A stretch of DNA of 64,000 nt from Bilabrum cf. latius (Eukaryota): contig OZ237765.1 in assembly GCA_965178125.1 (NCBI GenBank), forward strand, positions 1-64,000, in the 5' to 3' direction. Position numbers and translations under genes: made by a program. Positions 48,609 through 61,200 of the stretch are shown here, in pieces (the first letter of the stretch is position 1; each line of letters opens with the position of its first letter). The notes beneath the pieces are model-generated. The model was not told where the DNA came from and ran no database searches. It was given only the letters and a program-made list of their open reading frames with translations.

Positions 48609-49032
48609 GTTCGCGACGATTGTCCTTGAAGACTCCTGGAATGAGTCCGAGCGGGTACCGGTCATCCTGATCCAGTACCCGAGCTGTCTCCTTTGTTGCA
48701 AAAGGATATCAGCATCAGCTTGCTACTTATACCAGACACTGGCAGCTGATGTGATATCATCGATACGTAGGGCACTGCTGGTAGCGTGGCTAATTCCCAA
48801 GAGGGCCCCGCCCCCGCGGGGGCGGTTGTACGTTGCTGCCCGAGCCATCTTCGCCGCTTGCAGCCCCGCATGGAGCTATAGCATAAATAGGATGTCCGTC
48901 AATACTCAGCGTGTGTGGCTCAGGCTGATGCTTGTGCTGCGTGCTGTGGAGGATTTTTGTGTGCATTCGGAGCCGGTGCACGTCAACTAGACTATCCATT
49001 CAGTGCTTCTTTACTCCGCTTATAGTGTAGTT

Positions 49033-52000
49033 ATGTTGGGCTGGCTGGCATCAATCTTCTACATTGTGCATGCAGACACGGCCGCGGCAGAAGTTTGTAA
49101 CGCTGGCTGCACTACCATTGATGGAGTTATAATTGGATCCGGCGGCAACCCGGTTTCTGCTTCGTCCGTCGATGAATGCTGCACAAAGTGCAACGAGCAG
49201 TTCGGATGTTTTGCTTTTACGTATTTGTCAGGGTAAGATTCGGCCTAGCACGCACCCCAGTTGGCTTGCTGCTTCACATGAAGACCGTTGGGCGAACTCC
49301 TGCAACACACTCACACTTGCAGTGGTGGCGGGTGCTATTTAAAAGACAACACGGATACGCACATTCCTACACCAGGTCGTGTGTCTGGCAACCGGAGTGC
49401 ACCAATGCCGTCACCGCCGAAGCCACCGACACCTGTGCCCATCCCGGCCTCCTGCTTGCCCCCATACGACCATTTCGACTATTGCAACATGTCGCTGCCT
49501 GTGGAGACCCGCTCCCAGTCTCTCATCTCGCTTTTGCATGATAACGAGAAGCCCCCTCTGCTCACGGCCCGCGAGAGCCCCAAGGGCAACGTGAGCCGCA
49601 TCGGGTTGGTGGAATACGATTACGGTCTTAACGCGGTTCACGGTGTGGAGTCCAGGTGCGGGAGCAAGAAGAGCTGGGACGGAAATACGATTCCGAACTG
49701 TCCAACATCCTTTCCGTCTCCCAACATGCTGGGCTGCGCCTTCAACGAGACCCTGTGGGAGGCCATGACCGATGTGATCGGGCATGAGATGAGGTCCCTC
49801 TGGCTGCAGGGCGTCGGGGAGAACCACGGCAACGGGCTGCCACACATCGGTGAGAGAGAGGGAGAAAGGGAGAAAGAAGACTAGCAGGTGATACATCTAG
49901 CTGAATCCGATGGCTGTCAACATTCCTTGAGGTGTCCTCACCAGGCATCCCATCGCGCACTGCCACTGGCGCCATGTCCCTTCCACCGCTCTTGACCCCC
50001 ACCCTCGCAGGCCTCGACACGTGGAGCCCCAACATCAACGTGTGCAGGGACCCGAGGTGGGGCCGCTGCCAGGAGGTGCCCAGCGAGTCTACCTTCGTCA
50101 ACGGCCGGTACGGCGTCAGGTATACCCGCGGGCTGCAGAACGGGGACGATGACCGGTACTACCGCGGAGTGACGTGCATCAAGCACTGGGCGGCGTACTC
50201 GCTGGAGAACTACCACGAGCACTCGAGGCTGAACTTCACGGCCAACGTGTCCGACTACATGCTGGCCGCCGTGTACCTGCCTGCCTTCAAGGAGGCCGTG
50301 ACTAAGGGCAACGCGCAGTCCGTCATGTGCTCGTATAACGCCATCGCGCTGCAGAAAGGCAACAACTCGACCGAGTTCGGGCCAAGTGTGCCCACGTGCG
50401 CCTCCCCCTTTCTGGCAAACATCCTGAGGGAGCAGTGGGGATTTACCGGTGAGATTGCGAGGGTCTTTGCATTGCTGGCTTACCATGCCAGGAAATATTC
50501 GTTTGCAGTTTCCACGTTGCGAATCATTGGATACTGCGCGCCCAGATTCTTCTCTTCTTGCTGTTTACCCCGATTTACAGGTTACGTAACCTCTGACTCA
50601 GGCGCCGTCGATTTCATCTATTCGACCCACCACTACGTGGACAGTCTCGAGAAGGCCGCCTGCGTGGCCATCAAAGACGGCGTCACGGACATAAACAGTG
50701 GAGATGTGTACCGTGATCACCTGCTCTAGGCAGTGGCCGAAGGGCTCTGCAGCATGGACGACGTGAACCGTGCCCTGAACAACTCGCTGCGGCTGCGCTT
50801 CGAGATGGGCCTGTTCGACTCGCACGAGGGGCAGCCCTACTGGCACGTGAGCGAGCAGGACGTGAACACGACCTACTCGAGGGAGCTGAGCCTGTTCGCC
50901 GCCCAGCAGAGCACCGTGCTCCTGCGGAACGAGGGCAGCATCCTCCCGATCAAGAAGGGGGCCAAGATCGCGGCTGTGGGCCCCCACGCTGATGCCAACC
51001 AGGAGCTCCTCGGCAACTACCTGGGCCAGATCTGCCCGTTTGAGGGGTACAACTGCGTGCCCCAGCCGTACGTGGAGCTGCAGAAGGCCAACCCCGGTGG
51101 CTCCGTCACCTTCGAGCACGGTTGCGACGTGGACTCGCAGGACACGAGCGGGTTTGCAGCCGCGGTGCAGGCCGCCAAGGAGGCGGACGTGGCGGTGATC
51201 TTCGCCGGGCTGAGCCAGGAGGTGGAGAGGGAGGGATACGACCGCGTGAACATCTCGCTGCCCGGCGTGCAGCCCGAGTTCATCCGTGCCGTGCTGGCCA
51301 CGGGCACTCCAACTGTGCTGGTGCTGATCAACGGCGGCTCGGTGGCCATCGACGGGCTTGCCACGGAGGTGCCTGCCATCGTGGAGGCCTTCTACCCGGG
51401 CTTCTTTGGCGCCCCTGCCCTGGCCAGCGTGCTGATGGGGGACTACAATCCCGGCGGCAAGATGCCCGTGACCATGTACGAGTCGAGCATCGTGGACCAA
51501 GCCAACTTCCTTGATATGGACATCGCCCACCCGCCCGGTCGCACTTACCGTTTCTACACGGGTAAGCCCTCCTTCGCTTTTGCGCACGGCCTGTCGTACA
51601 CGACCTTCACGGTGTCATGGGACAGCGAGCAGGTGGGCCAGGAAGAGACCCAGCTGTGGACCGGTGCGGGGCCCATGTCTGCGGGAGGGAGCGGGCAGGT
51701 GTCCAAGACCTACACGGCCAGGGTGACCAACACGGGGGACAGAGAGGGCGACGAGGTGGTGTTCCTCTTCGTGAAGCCGCAGGAGGACGTGGACGCCGTG
51801 CACGGGCCTCACCCCGACGGTGGTGACCCGGGGGACCTGCCCCTCATCAAGCAGCTGGCGGGCTTCCAGAGGGTGCACCTCAAGGCCGGCGAGTCCACCA
51901 CGGTGACCTTCAACGTGGACTCCGATACGCTGGCCATGCCTCGGCGGGGGACTGGGCGCACGGTGGCGTGCCCCGGCACCTACGTGCTGGAGGCCACCAA

Positions 52001-52109
52001 CGGCGTGGACCAGGTGGCGAGCGCGGTGGCCCGTCTGGTGGGCGACGAGCGCGTGATCGACGCCTCTGTGGAGAACGCGCTGCTGGCCACCGGCGGACGG
52101 CCCCAGTGA
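49033..52109 (+). CDS. Secreted GH3 beta-xylosidase/arabinofuranosidase-like enzyme with N-terminal PAN/apple domain (one in-frame TAG)
   Basis: CCTKC..GCFAFTY..CYLK (PAN), Pro linker, PTSFP, WSPNINVCRDPRWGRCQEVPSE, KHWAAY, VMCSYN, GYVTSDSGA, EREGYDR, YPG, GRTYRFY. Introns 49233-49322, 49850-50010, 50449-50580. HLL[TAG 50727]AVAEG. Ends TGA. Confidence 0.92.
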
Positions 52110-52405
52110 TCACTGATCCGGTCTGATTGGGAGGGAGGGGTCCATTGGCAAGTGGTGTCGAACGCCCAAGAAATGGTCCCAATGCAGTCTGTCGAGTGTA
52201 GCCGGTTGCTGCGGTAGGCGTCCCCCGACAGTTCTTTTTACGTCGTACTTCATGCGTAGTTTCGTTTGCATGCTCGTTTGATAACATGCTCTCCTGGTGT
52301 CATAGTGAAGATGAAGAATTATAATGGCGAAGCGAGCCCGGCCCCAAGTGAACTCCGACGGACAACCGCAGGCAGCCCCTGGTGATCAGGATTGGGCGCG
52401 AAAAA

Positions 52406-53959
52406 ATGTCGATATCAAATGATTCAGGACTACATCAAGCTGAAGAGCGGTTCATGGCAGCCAAGACTCGGTTGCTGTCTCTTTTTGGTAGCAGCGAAGG
52501 CAGCTCGGCTGCGGACTCTGGCAAGGAAGCTGAACCTAGCCCGTATGCTGAGCGTAAACACGAAGCTACGGATCAAACTTCAGCACTGGATTATCACAAT
52601 GATTCGTCTCGACCATCAACTGCGATGCGTGCCAATTCTGCAATGCATCTGGGAGCGCTGCCTGTACAGCACGGTCCAGCCCGAGACAGCGACATCTTAC
52701 AATCAGCAGAGGTTTCGCTCATTTTGCACGAGCCTAAGCACCATGAAAGTATATTCAGTAGCCGCCATGCCAAGCGAGTCACTGGCCACTTGGGTGAAAC
52801 GTGCTGGGTGGAATACAAGACTTAGTACGAACAGCAGATGGATCATCTACCAGATACCTACAAAGGCACGTATCCAGCGGATCATAGCAAGCAGCTCTCA
52901 AGGGACACGACTGAAGATCGAGAATCGGGCGCCGTATTGGCAGCAAGCCAGGCCCGAATGTCGGCTTCCCGCGAGTGCTCGCTTCGGCCGTTCGACGGCA
53001 CCAGAATCCCAGCGATCCCACTGGCAGCGGGCGGCGCCGAGGCCGAAGTCGCACGCGCGCAGTTATAGTCTCAGCCGCATGTGGCACACAAAAGTCGTTC
53101 CAGAGGCAGAAGGCACCCGAGCTTCAGCAAATAGAAGGCCCCCACCGCAGGCCCAGACCGGCGATCGATCGCAACTACCAGGTCCAAGCCCGCCTTCGAC
53201 CTGCGGACCGGCCCCGCCCACGAGAAGGCACTCAGAGAAGAAATGCAGCGCGCAGAGCAGCAGCTGAGGCGCAGGCACGCCCTCGAGGTCAGGAGGAGGA
53301 GGCGCCTGCTGCACCAAATGGGGAGGGGCAGCTTGGGAGCAGCGGACAAGGGTGGCTCATACATGTAGGGCATGGCTGGCACAAGGCCAGCGAGATAGGA
53401 GGCACAGAAGTCGCCAGGGCCTCGGTTGGAAGCAGGGCAGCGACGTACTAGCGGGGCAGGCGGCGGGCGGACCACTAGGGCTCGGACTCGGAGTCGAAGC
53501 ATGAGCAGGCAGGTAGATCTAGATCGAGGCAGCTAGATCTAGGGGGAGGCACGGATGACTCCGGTTGGAAGTCATCCCGTGGACGGATACAGCCAGGGGG
53601 GGTTGTCGCACCGCCGGTCCAGCGCGGCTAGCAGTGGCAATGAAACGCGGCACGGACCGTCACGAGCGGGGCATGCGGGCCAGTCACGAGCGGGGCGTGC
53701 GGGCCAGTCACGAGCGGGGCGTGCGGGCCAGTCACGAGCGGGGCATGCGGGCCAGTCGAAGGGGCCAAGACAGGCAAAAAAGAGGTAGGATCGTCTAGCG
53801 AGAGCGATCGATCGCACAGGGCTCAATTTACATGCAGTTGCAAGCTCGCTTGCAGAACCCGCCCGATCCGATGAGTTCGCTGTAGAGCTCCAGCCGAGCC
53901 AGGGCCGACCGAGCTCAACGCGAGGGTCTTTGCGGACAGGACTGTGGGTACCCGGGTAA
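52406..53959 (+). CDS. Hypothetical basic low-complexity protein (about eight in-frame TAG)
   Basis: Track ORFs 52382-52825, 52838-53068 and 53555-53788 share one frame broken only by TAG. Ends TAA at 53957. Contains a 24-bp tandem repeat x4 (SRAG[H/R]AGQ) at ~53659-53756. Confidence 0.55.
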
Positions 53960-54015
53960 AGCTTGAGGTTATGTGAACTGTTAGGATGCGTGTCACGTAA
54001 AACAGGCTATAATCT

Positions 54016-54488
54016 TCAATCCGTACTGGACATTGCCATGTATTTGCTCATCTTGCTTGATACTCGTTCGATATCCTGCAATTATGTAGCAATAGAAGTG
54101 AGTCCAAAGAGCATGGGGAGCCATGCACAACCGATACACGAAAAGCACACACTGCATTGTCATTTCTTACGAGTTTTAGCTTTTCGCCATCCTCAGCAAT
54201 GTCAGCCAGGGTTGCAAGCTCGTATCCGATGCTAGAAAGAGCGTAGCAACCGAGCAGCACCAACGAGTAGCAAGGGAGCTGCGGACCTTGAACGAACCAA
54301 TTACAAGCAACGCACCGCGTGCCACGTAGATATCGGAGCGTAGTTTCGGCGAGCGCGAATTATCTAACATCAAACACAACGTTGTGCAGCCCCGGTTGAA
54401 AAGTATCGATGTCAAGCGAAGTAACAGCGTAGGCCCAGGCTGACAGCAAAATAACTATGCACCCTACGGAGATAAACCACTTCTTCAT
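54016..54488 (-). CDS. DPM3: Dolichol-phosphate mannosyltransferase subunit 3
   Basis: Three exons give MKKWFISVGCIVILLSAWAYAV..|LPCYSLVLLGCYALSSIGYELATLADIAEDGEKLKL|DIERVSSKM..-TGA: two TM helices plus a coiled tail with the LPxY..GCY.L..GY pattern of DPM3. Confidence 0.7.
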
Positions 54489-54706
54489 GTCGAAATGCTG
54501 CTGCTGGGGGCCGACTAAAATTTCTTTAGTATCGAACGTTCTTTAAGGGAAATCCCCCAGGGGTGTGCAACGAATCTGGTTTCAGGGACTAAGGAACCTT
54601 CATCAACTTCACAAAGCTTGATGACAGGGAGTGGACTGGACTGCCTTCGGCAGTCCCTCGTGCAGTTCCTCGATTCCGTGCTTCGCATTTCGTGCACTCG
54701 AGAAAG

Positions 54707-57700
54707 ATGGATCAGTTCAGTACTTAGAGAAGCTTTGAACAAAGTGATTTGACTCAAGCGAACAAGAGAATAGCTGAACTTCAGGAGATTGCGGGTTCAT
54801 TACGTAGCGCCCTAACAGCTGCTGTGCATAAAGGTAAGACTATTCTGCTGTGGATCGCAGGTATTTGCGGTACTTGTTATATTTACGTTTCATTTTTACG
54901 TTGCTGGTTTGGATTTGCTCTCTTCTCTGGGAGCATTCGCGCGTTGTCACACTGGCTGGCTTGTTCAGCGCCTGTCACTCTGGTCGGCTGGGTGCAATAT
55001 TACTCTTGGAGCGGCCCCTTTATTCAGAAATTGTATTGGTCGAGTCATGAGTGTTGATCATGTTGGTCTGGGATGCTCGAACCATAGAATTGCTTGCAAT
55101 GGAGTAGGACAGGATCCAGCAGACGGTGTGACGTGCTGCCTCGTGCACACTGCACCTACGCGATTTTGACGATTTTCTACCTTCGCAGGCCTTGTTGACC
55201 CGACTCAATGGGATGAATCTATTCGATAGTAGTGTTCTCAGTCATCAGCGGCCGCATATTCAGTATCGTACGCTGCGAGCAGGCCCACGGACACGGACAC
55301 AGTCTCATCGGCGCGATCGTCGCACCAATCCGATTCGGGTCGATCCTCCTCACGCGGTGCGCAAACTGCGCAATGCTCTGTAGGAAGCGTAGGAGGTAGC
55401 TCTAGTAATGATGTGAGTGCATACTTTGCCTGGTGGCTGGTCTACCGCTACTTGTTTACGTGATTATGTTGTCTACTTGTTCCGAGACAGCGGCGAGATT
55501 CGGTCCTTTGTAGCAATATTTTGTCGCAGAATTAGCTTTCATCATCACCATAGGTTGGTAGCAGGAAGCGCGAACGATCAAGGCAAGGCCGAAGCGACTC
55601 TCAGGCGCCGGATGAAAGAGCCGCGAAGCGAAGGAATACCGATGGGGGTGATGATACGAAGAGGGGTGGTTGGGGTGAAACTGGTTTCACCGGACTAGTC
55701 TAGCAGTCCCAAGGAGCTGTACAGACGACGGCTGAGGCTCGCGAACAAGCTGACAGCCTCCTAAGCCTCAGCCTCGCTCCTCTTCTGGCAGTGGCGAGCG
55801 CTGCCGAGGAGCACGAGGACCCGGCAGTCAAGATAGCGTCTGCCAAAAATTCTTATCCCAGCACTAGGACAAGCAAAAGCGCCAGTTGCTCCGCTGGGCA
55901 GCTGCAGGCTGCTTCCCCCATTGGCAGCCAAAGACATGCCAAGGCGGGGCAGCGCGCGGAACGGAATAGACTCGTGACTCTAGCGGTGCTTGCCCCGCGC
56001 AAAGGCAACCCTTCTCTCGCTGACGTGGTGGTGCTCCCCTGCAGGCGAGGGGAGCACCCCCTGCTCGGATCGAAGCAGGCCGCCGAGAGCGGTGACACGG
56101 TTCGAGTGAGGGGGAGGCGTGTGTTGCGGGCCTACAGCGGGCTGCTGCTGCGGTATAACGAGTCCGGAGCGGATGAGCAGGGGCGAGGCCAGGCCTAGGC
56201 TCATGCTGGCGGGGAACAACAAGCCCAAGCCTCGAGTCCCTCGGGAAGCGGCAGCAGCAGCAGCAGCAGCAGCAGGCTCCGGCGCTCCACCGCGGCCTCG
56301 AGCAGCCAGCGGGCGGAGAGAGTCCGTCAGCAGGCGATGTGCGGGTGCATGGATGCAAACGAGGGGAACTGCTCAGATCTGAGCGACCATGCAATGCACC
56401 TGATCAGCGGCGCGGGCCAGCCAGTGCACCCGTCGTGGCGGGCGGCTCGGCAGGCGTCTCGCCACCGCGCGCTTCGCCTGTTTGAATCTGACGGCGTGGA
56501 TGTGGAGGCACTGACCCGCGACTGGGTGAAGTGCACTGCGCACGGCGTGTCTCTGGCTGACGCAGAGAGCGTCATCGAGCAGCAGGCCAAGAAGGAGGCT
56601 GCGCGGGCGACGGGCCCCACCGCTGGTGCCGGTGCTTCGGCGGAGGGGGAGGGGGAGGGGGGCAGCTACGGCGGTGGGGCAGCCTCCTCCAACGTGGGAG
56701 TCGAGGCGCCCTCGGTGGTGAAGGGCAAGCTGTAGGTGTGGGAGCGGCAGGTGGTGGCTGCCTTCGTGCAGGCCGTGGAGAGGGGCCGTCTGCTAGTGGC
56801 GAGGGGGGAGCTGGCCAGGGACCTGAGGGCGGGGGTGAACGCGAGCAGGCCCAAGGAATTCTTCGAGAAACTCGTATCCAGGAGGAAGCTCAACCAGAGG
56901 CTCGTTGGGCTGCTGCAGCCCAGGCGCATGCGGTCCGACGTGTTCGTGGGCATGGTGGAGCAGAGGACGCAGGCGGGGGGCCGGCGGGCTGGTGGTGCAT
57001 CTTCAACTGTCCCTGTGCCCGCACCGCCTGCTGCCCCCGCTTTTGCCTCGGCATCTGTTGCGAGGCTTGGATAGCATGGGCAGTGGCAGGGACATTCTAC
57101 GCCGGGTGTGATGGGAGTCTCGGCTGCCTTTCCCGTGCCCTCGCAAGGAACGGGTGCGGGAGCGAGGGGCTATTCCCAGGCGGCGCGGGGCCTCGTCAGC
57201 TTGTCGGGCGGTTCCATGCCGCATGCATGGGCCTCCTAGGGTGAGCGTGTGCCGTGCTGGAGCATCGGCGGGAGCAACAGCATGAGTGGGCGATGGGAGG
57301 GGAATGAGCAGCAGGCCCTAGGGTCTGCAGGCGGCGCAGGGAAGTCTTTGCCCCCCGGTGTGCTCTCCGGGGGTGTGACGAGCGGAGCCCAGCACGGACG
57401 GCCTCAGTCTCCGAATCAGGCCCAGGCTAGGGGTGTCCAGCCAACAATCCCGGGTGCAGATGCAGATGCAGATGCAGGTGCAAAGGCAGGCGTGCTCTCG
57501 TGGGGATCTATCCAACTGCAGCGGATGCAGCAACCACTTCCTTACCAGCCTATCCCGCCAATGCAGCAGCATCTGACGCTGCAGATGCAGGGGCAACGGC
57601 AACTTGCAGGCGGCAGCAGCCAGGTGTCTTCCGTTGGATTCGCAGTGCCGCACGCATCTCGGGATTGGCAGTAGCCCCCAGCTGCAGGGACTGTCTTGTA

Positions 57701-58088
57701 TGCCTCGAGCACAGCCAGCGCGGCGGGCTCTGCGTGGTACCCTGCCTCTGCCTCTTCCGTGGCACTCCTCGGCGGCAGCAGCGGAAGCAGTTGCATCGGC
57801 GCGTCTACTTCCACCACTAGCAGCGGCACTAGCAGCAGCAGCGGATTTGCAGGTCAGCTAAGCAGCAGCTCGGCGCCCGGAGGCCCGGCTGTGGCAAGCT
57901 TCACGAGTTTGCAGCTGGAGGCAGAGCTGCAGAGGAGGCAGCAGGGGCAGCAGCAGCGTGAGCACGCGAGGCAGGAGGAGCAGCGGAAGCAGTGGGAGCA
58001 GGTGCAGCTCATGCAGCGACAGCTTGGGCAGTAGAGATAGCACATGATGTCCCTGCAGTCGCAGCAGCAGCAGCGGTCGCACTCCTGA
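54707..58088 (+). CDS. Hypothetical Ser/Gln-rich protein (more than 10 in-frame TAG)
   Basis: Introns at ~54834-55188 and ~55413-55529. Track ORFs 55791, 56337, 56736, 57249 and 57696 are one frame joined at TAG. C-terminus QLMQRQLGQ[TAG]R[TAG]HMMSLQSQQQQRSHS-TGA. Confidence 0.6.
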
Positions 58089-58245
58089 TCGAATAGTGCG
58101 TTCCGGAATCTTCATCTTCAGCTGTTTGGGTTGCTTGACCACACGATTTGCGACGTGATGTAGCAATGCAGACAGAAAGTTATTTCATCAAATAGTAGTA
58201 CGAGCTTCCAATGAACCACTGGCGATCCATGATCGCAAGTGGCCC

Positions 58246-61200
58246 TCACATGCCGCCTTCTTCTTCTCCTGGCTTGAGCACGTCCACCAGCACCACACCA
58301 AGCCCAGTCCCCGCCGCGATCAGACCAGAGATGTACAGGCTCAGACCAGACGACAGTAGCGCGACGGTAGCAGGCAATCCCATCACGCGGACTGGATTCA
58401 GCTGCATCTCGGTGTCCAGCCCGCGGGTCACCAGGTAGAGCGCGTGCCGCACTCGCTCCAGCCTCGTCCTCGTCTCAGGACCCATGGGCACGGGAGGCGC
58501 CACGATGAGCTCCTGCACGGTGGCTTCAATCCGCGTGAGCCTCCTCCTTTGAAAGGCACTGGCACGGTTCACCTGGATGCCGTAGTACATTAGGTATCCG
58601 AGCGCCGTCTAGAAGATGAGTGCGAGCACCACCGTCTGCGTGAAGAGCACGATGTACTCGTCTCGACTGAAGAGCGCGCTCCCCGCTGACGCCGCCACGA
58701 GCCCTCCGATGAACATGAGGGCAGCAAAGAGCGTCCCCGCCGCGAACAGCCCCGTGTACATGTTGATCCTAAGCATGTAGGGCCTGCCCACGTCCATTAC
58801 AGTATTGCGGACGTGCCACCACAGCAATAGGTTCTGCGGGTACAGAACGGGCAGGTGCAGCCGATGCAGTGCTCTGTGCATCATTGCCTGCGTGTCCTCG
58901 TGCCTGTGGTACAACGCCCGGTCCACGATGCGTCTCCTCATCGCTGCACCGTTCCACTGGGCCATGGACATTCGCTGGCATATCCCAGACTCCACGTATT
59001 CCTCCAGCAGACCCCCGTCCTACACCTTGGGCTGCTCCCAGCCGACCGCCCCGTGGCTGTGCCCCGCCATCTGAGCGATAGAGGTCACTTGCGGCAAGAG
59101 GGGCCCCGCCACCACCTGTCCCTACCCCTGTCCCTGTCCCTGGAATCGAACCCCCCTGCTGTGGCCCGCCCTCTGGCCCGACGCAGAGGGCAGTCGAAGC
59201 AGTCCGCGACCCCCGGCAGCGACTGAGGAAGACTGGCCGCTTGTTCCCTCACCGCTGCTCCTCACCCCACCCTCCGAGTCATCCGGGTCGGGCCCGGACG
59301 AAGACGCCGCGCTGCTGCCTCGGGTGCGCCGCCTAGCACCCCCTTGTCCCTCCGTGCCCCCTGTGCCCCTGCTCTCCGAGCTTGAGGCGCGGGACCTGCT
59401 GTCCCCATACGGGGATAAACCCAGCCGCAAACCGCTGGAGGCAGCCCGAGGCACTCCCCCTGCAGGCCTCCTTGCCGTGCTCCTGCCCCGCTGTGCATCC
59501 AGCGCACCCTGCCGGCCCAGCGGCACCCCCCCGCCCTCGCTTTGTCCCCTGCGGACCGGGCCTGGAATGCCACGACCCTCCTAGTCGCTGGGCACCCACA
59601 CCTCCCCTGCCGATCCCCGGTGCCGCGCCCCGCTACCCCGCTGCCGCAGCCCCCCCTCCGTGCCCGCTTCCTCCGAGACCGCGTGCGCCACCGGTCCATG
59701 GCGTGCGCCACCGTGGGGCACTCTTGGGTCCACCAGAGCCACCTGAGTGAGAGAGGCGCGGCCTCTGGCCCCCGTTGCCGTGCTGCTGGTGGGCAGCAAC
59801 ATGTCCTGTTCACCCGCGCTGCTGCCCCCTCCCGCCGACATCACTGATGCGTGCTGGCTGAGCACCTGTCGGATCTGCATGCTCTCCCGCCGCAGTCTAG
59901 AGGCGGTGTTGCGGCTGTGCACCCGCTTGCGGTCCATACGACGCTTGCTGCGAGTGCGCTGCCCCTTGCCCCCTGGGTTGGGAGTGCCCCCGCCCCCATC
60001 CCCGTGCCCCGCCTCAAGCTCCGCCGCCTCCCTGACCCCCTCCATCCCCTGTATGGCCGCCACCAGAGTGGCGCGGTGGTAGAAATTGGACCACACGACA
60101 GAGTGCCGAGCTGCCTGGGCCAGCAGGAAGGTCGTGCTGGGGGCACTGTCGGTCACGCCAGGCACGTCCACCACCTGCTTCAGCGCGTCGTTCTCCTCCT
60201 CTATCCTGCGTTGAGACCGCAAGGACTTGGAGTCCTCACCGGTGGGCTAGCCTGCAGCGGCACCAGTCCCCGCCCCTGCGGTGGTGCTGCCCTCCGCTCC
60301 GGCCGCGAGCAGCCCAGCGGGAGCGGCACTGCCATCCACTGCAGCCCCCCCTCCAGGTGCGCCCTCCTGCTTAGTCTAGCCCTGTTCCTCGTCTACCGGC
60401 GGCATCCCACTCTTTGCCCTCCTCTTCCTGTGCAGCTCGTGCAGCACACCATCCATAGCCTGCTTCTGCTGCGCTGCTATTCGCCCTTCCTAGGCCTGCA
60501 GCTGCATGGACCTTACCGTGTCTTCCATCATGTTGCATGTCCCCGCCTGCGCCCACAACTGATTGGCCGCACCCAGCCCCTGCACCACCTCCAGCGGTGT
60601 CTCCCTCGCCGCCACGTCCCAGTCGTGGCTGGCCAAGGCCCGGGCCGAGGAGGGGTCCAGCAGCTGGTGCAACATGCGGGCTGCTTGGTAGCGCCTGTGG
60701 TAGTCCAGCGAGGCCACCACCACAAACGAGACCTCCAGCATGGCGTTGATGGTGGTGGCGATGACATAGCAGCTCAGCAGCAGGATCCCTTCAGCCGTGA
60801 TGGGCAGAGTGCCCTGCACTGCCCGGATGACCACAGAGGTGCTGAACACCAGCAGCGAAAGCACGAACGAGAGCCGCAGCAATTTGCCCGCCACCATCGA
60901 CGCCCCCGACTTGATGTGCGAGGCCCATAGCACGTACCACAGGAGCATCTTCAGGGGCAGCGTGGGCAGCCCGTCCTCGTTGGTGCCCATTGCTAACCCG
61001 CCCAGCCGGGACAGCTCCACCCCGCTCTGACTGCTAGAGTGCACGCTTACACTGACGCTCGATGCCTCATCAGCTACACTTCCCGTCCACGCCTGGCTGT
61101 ACCCATGCGCAGACTGACCCATTGACAGCTCAGATCCCAGCCCAGCCCTCCGACGAGCACTGAGCTGCTGCTCCCGCGCCCCGCTGCTGCCACTGGAGCC

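Noticed and set aside
52392-53267. 291-aa standard-code ORF overlapping the 52406-53959 model
   Set aside because: It has a non-ATG start and no motifs, and the alternative frame stays open for 518 codons with TAG=Gln. The choice is not certain without transcripts.
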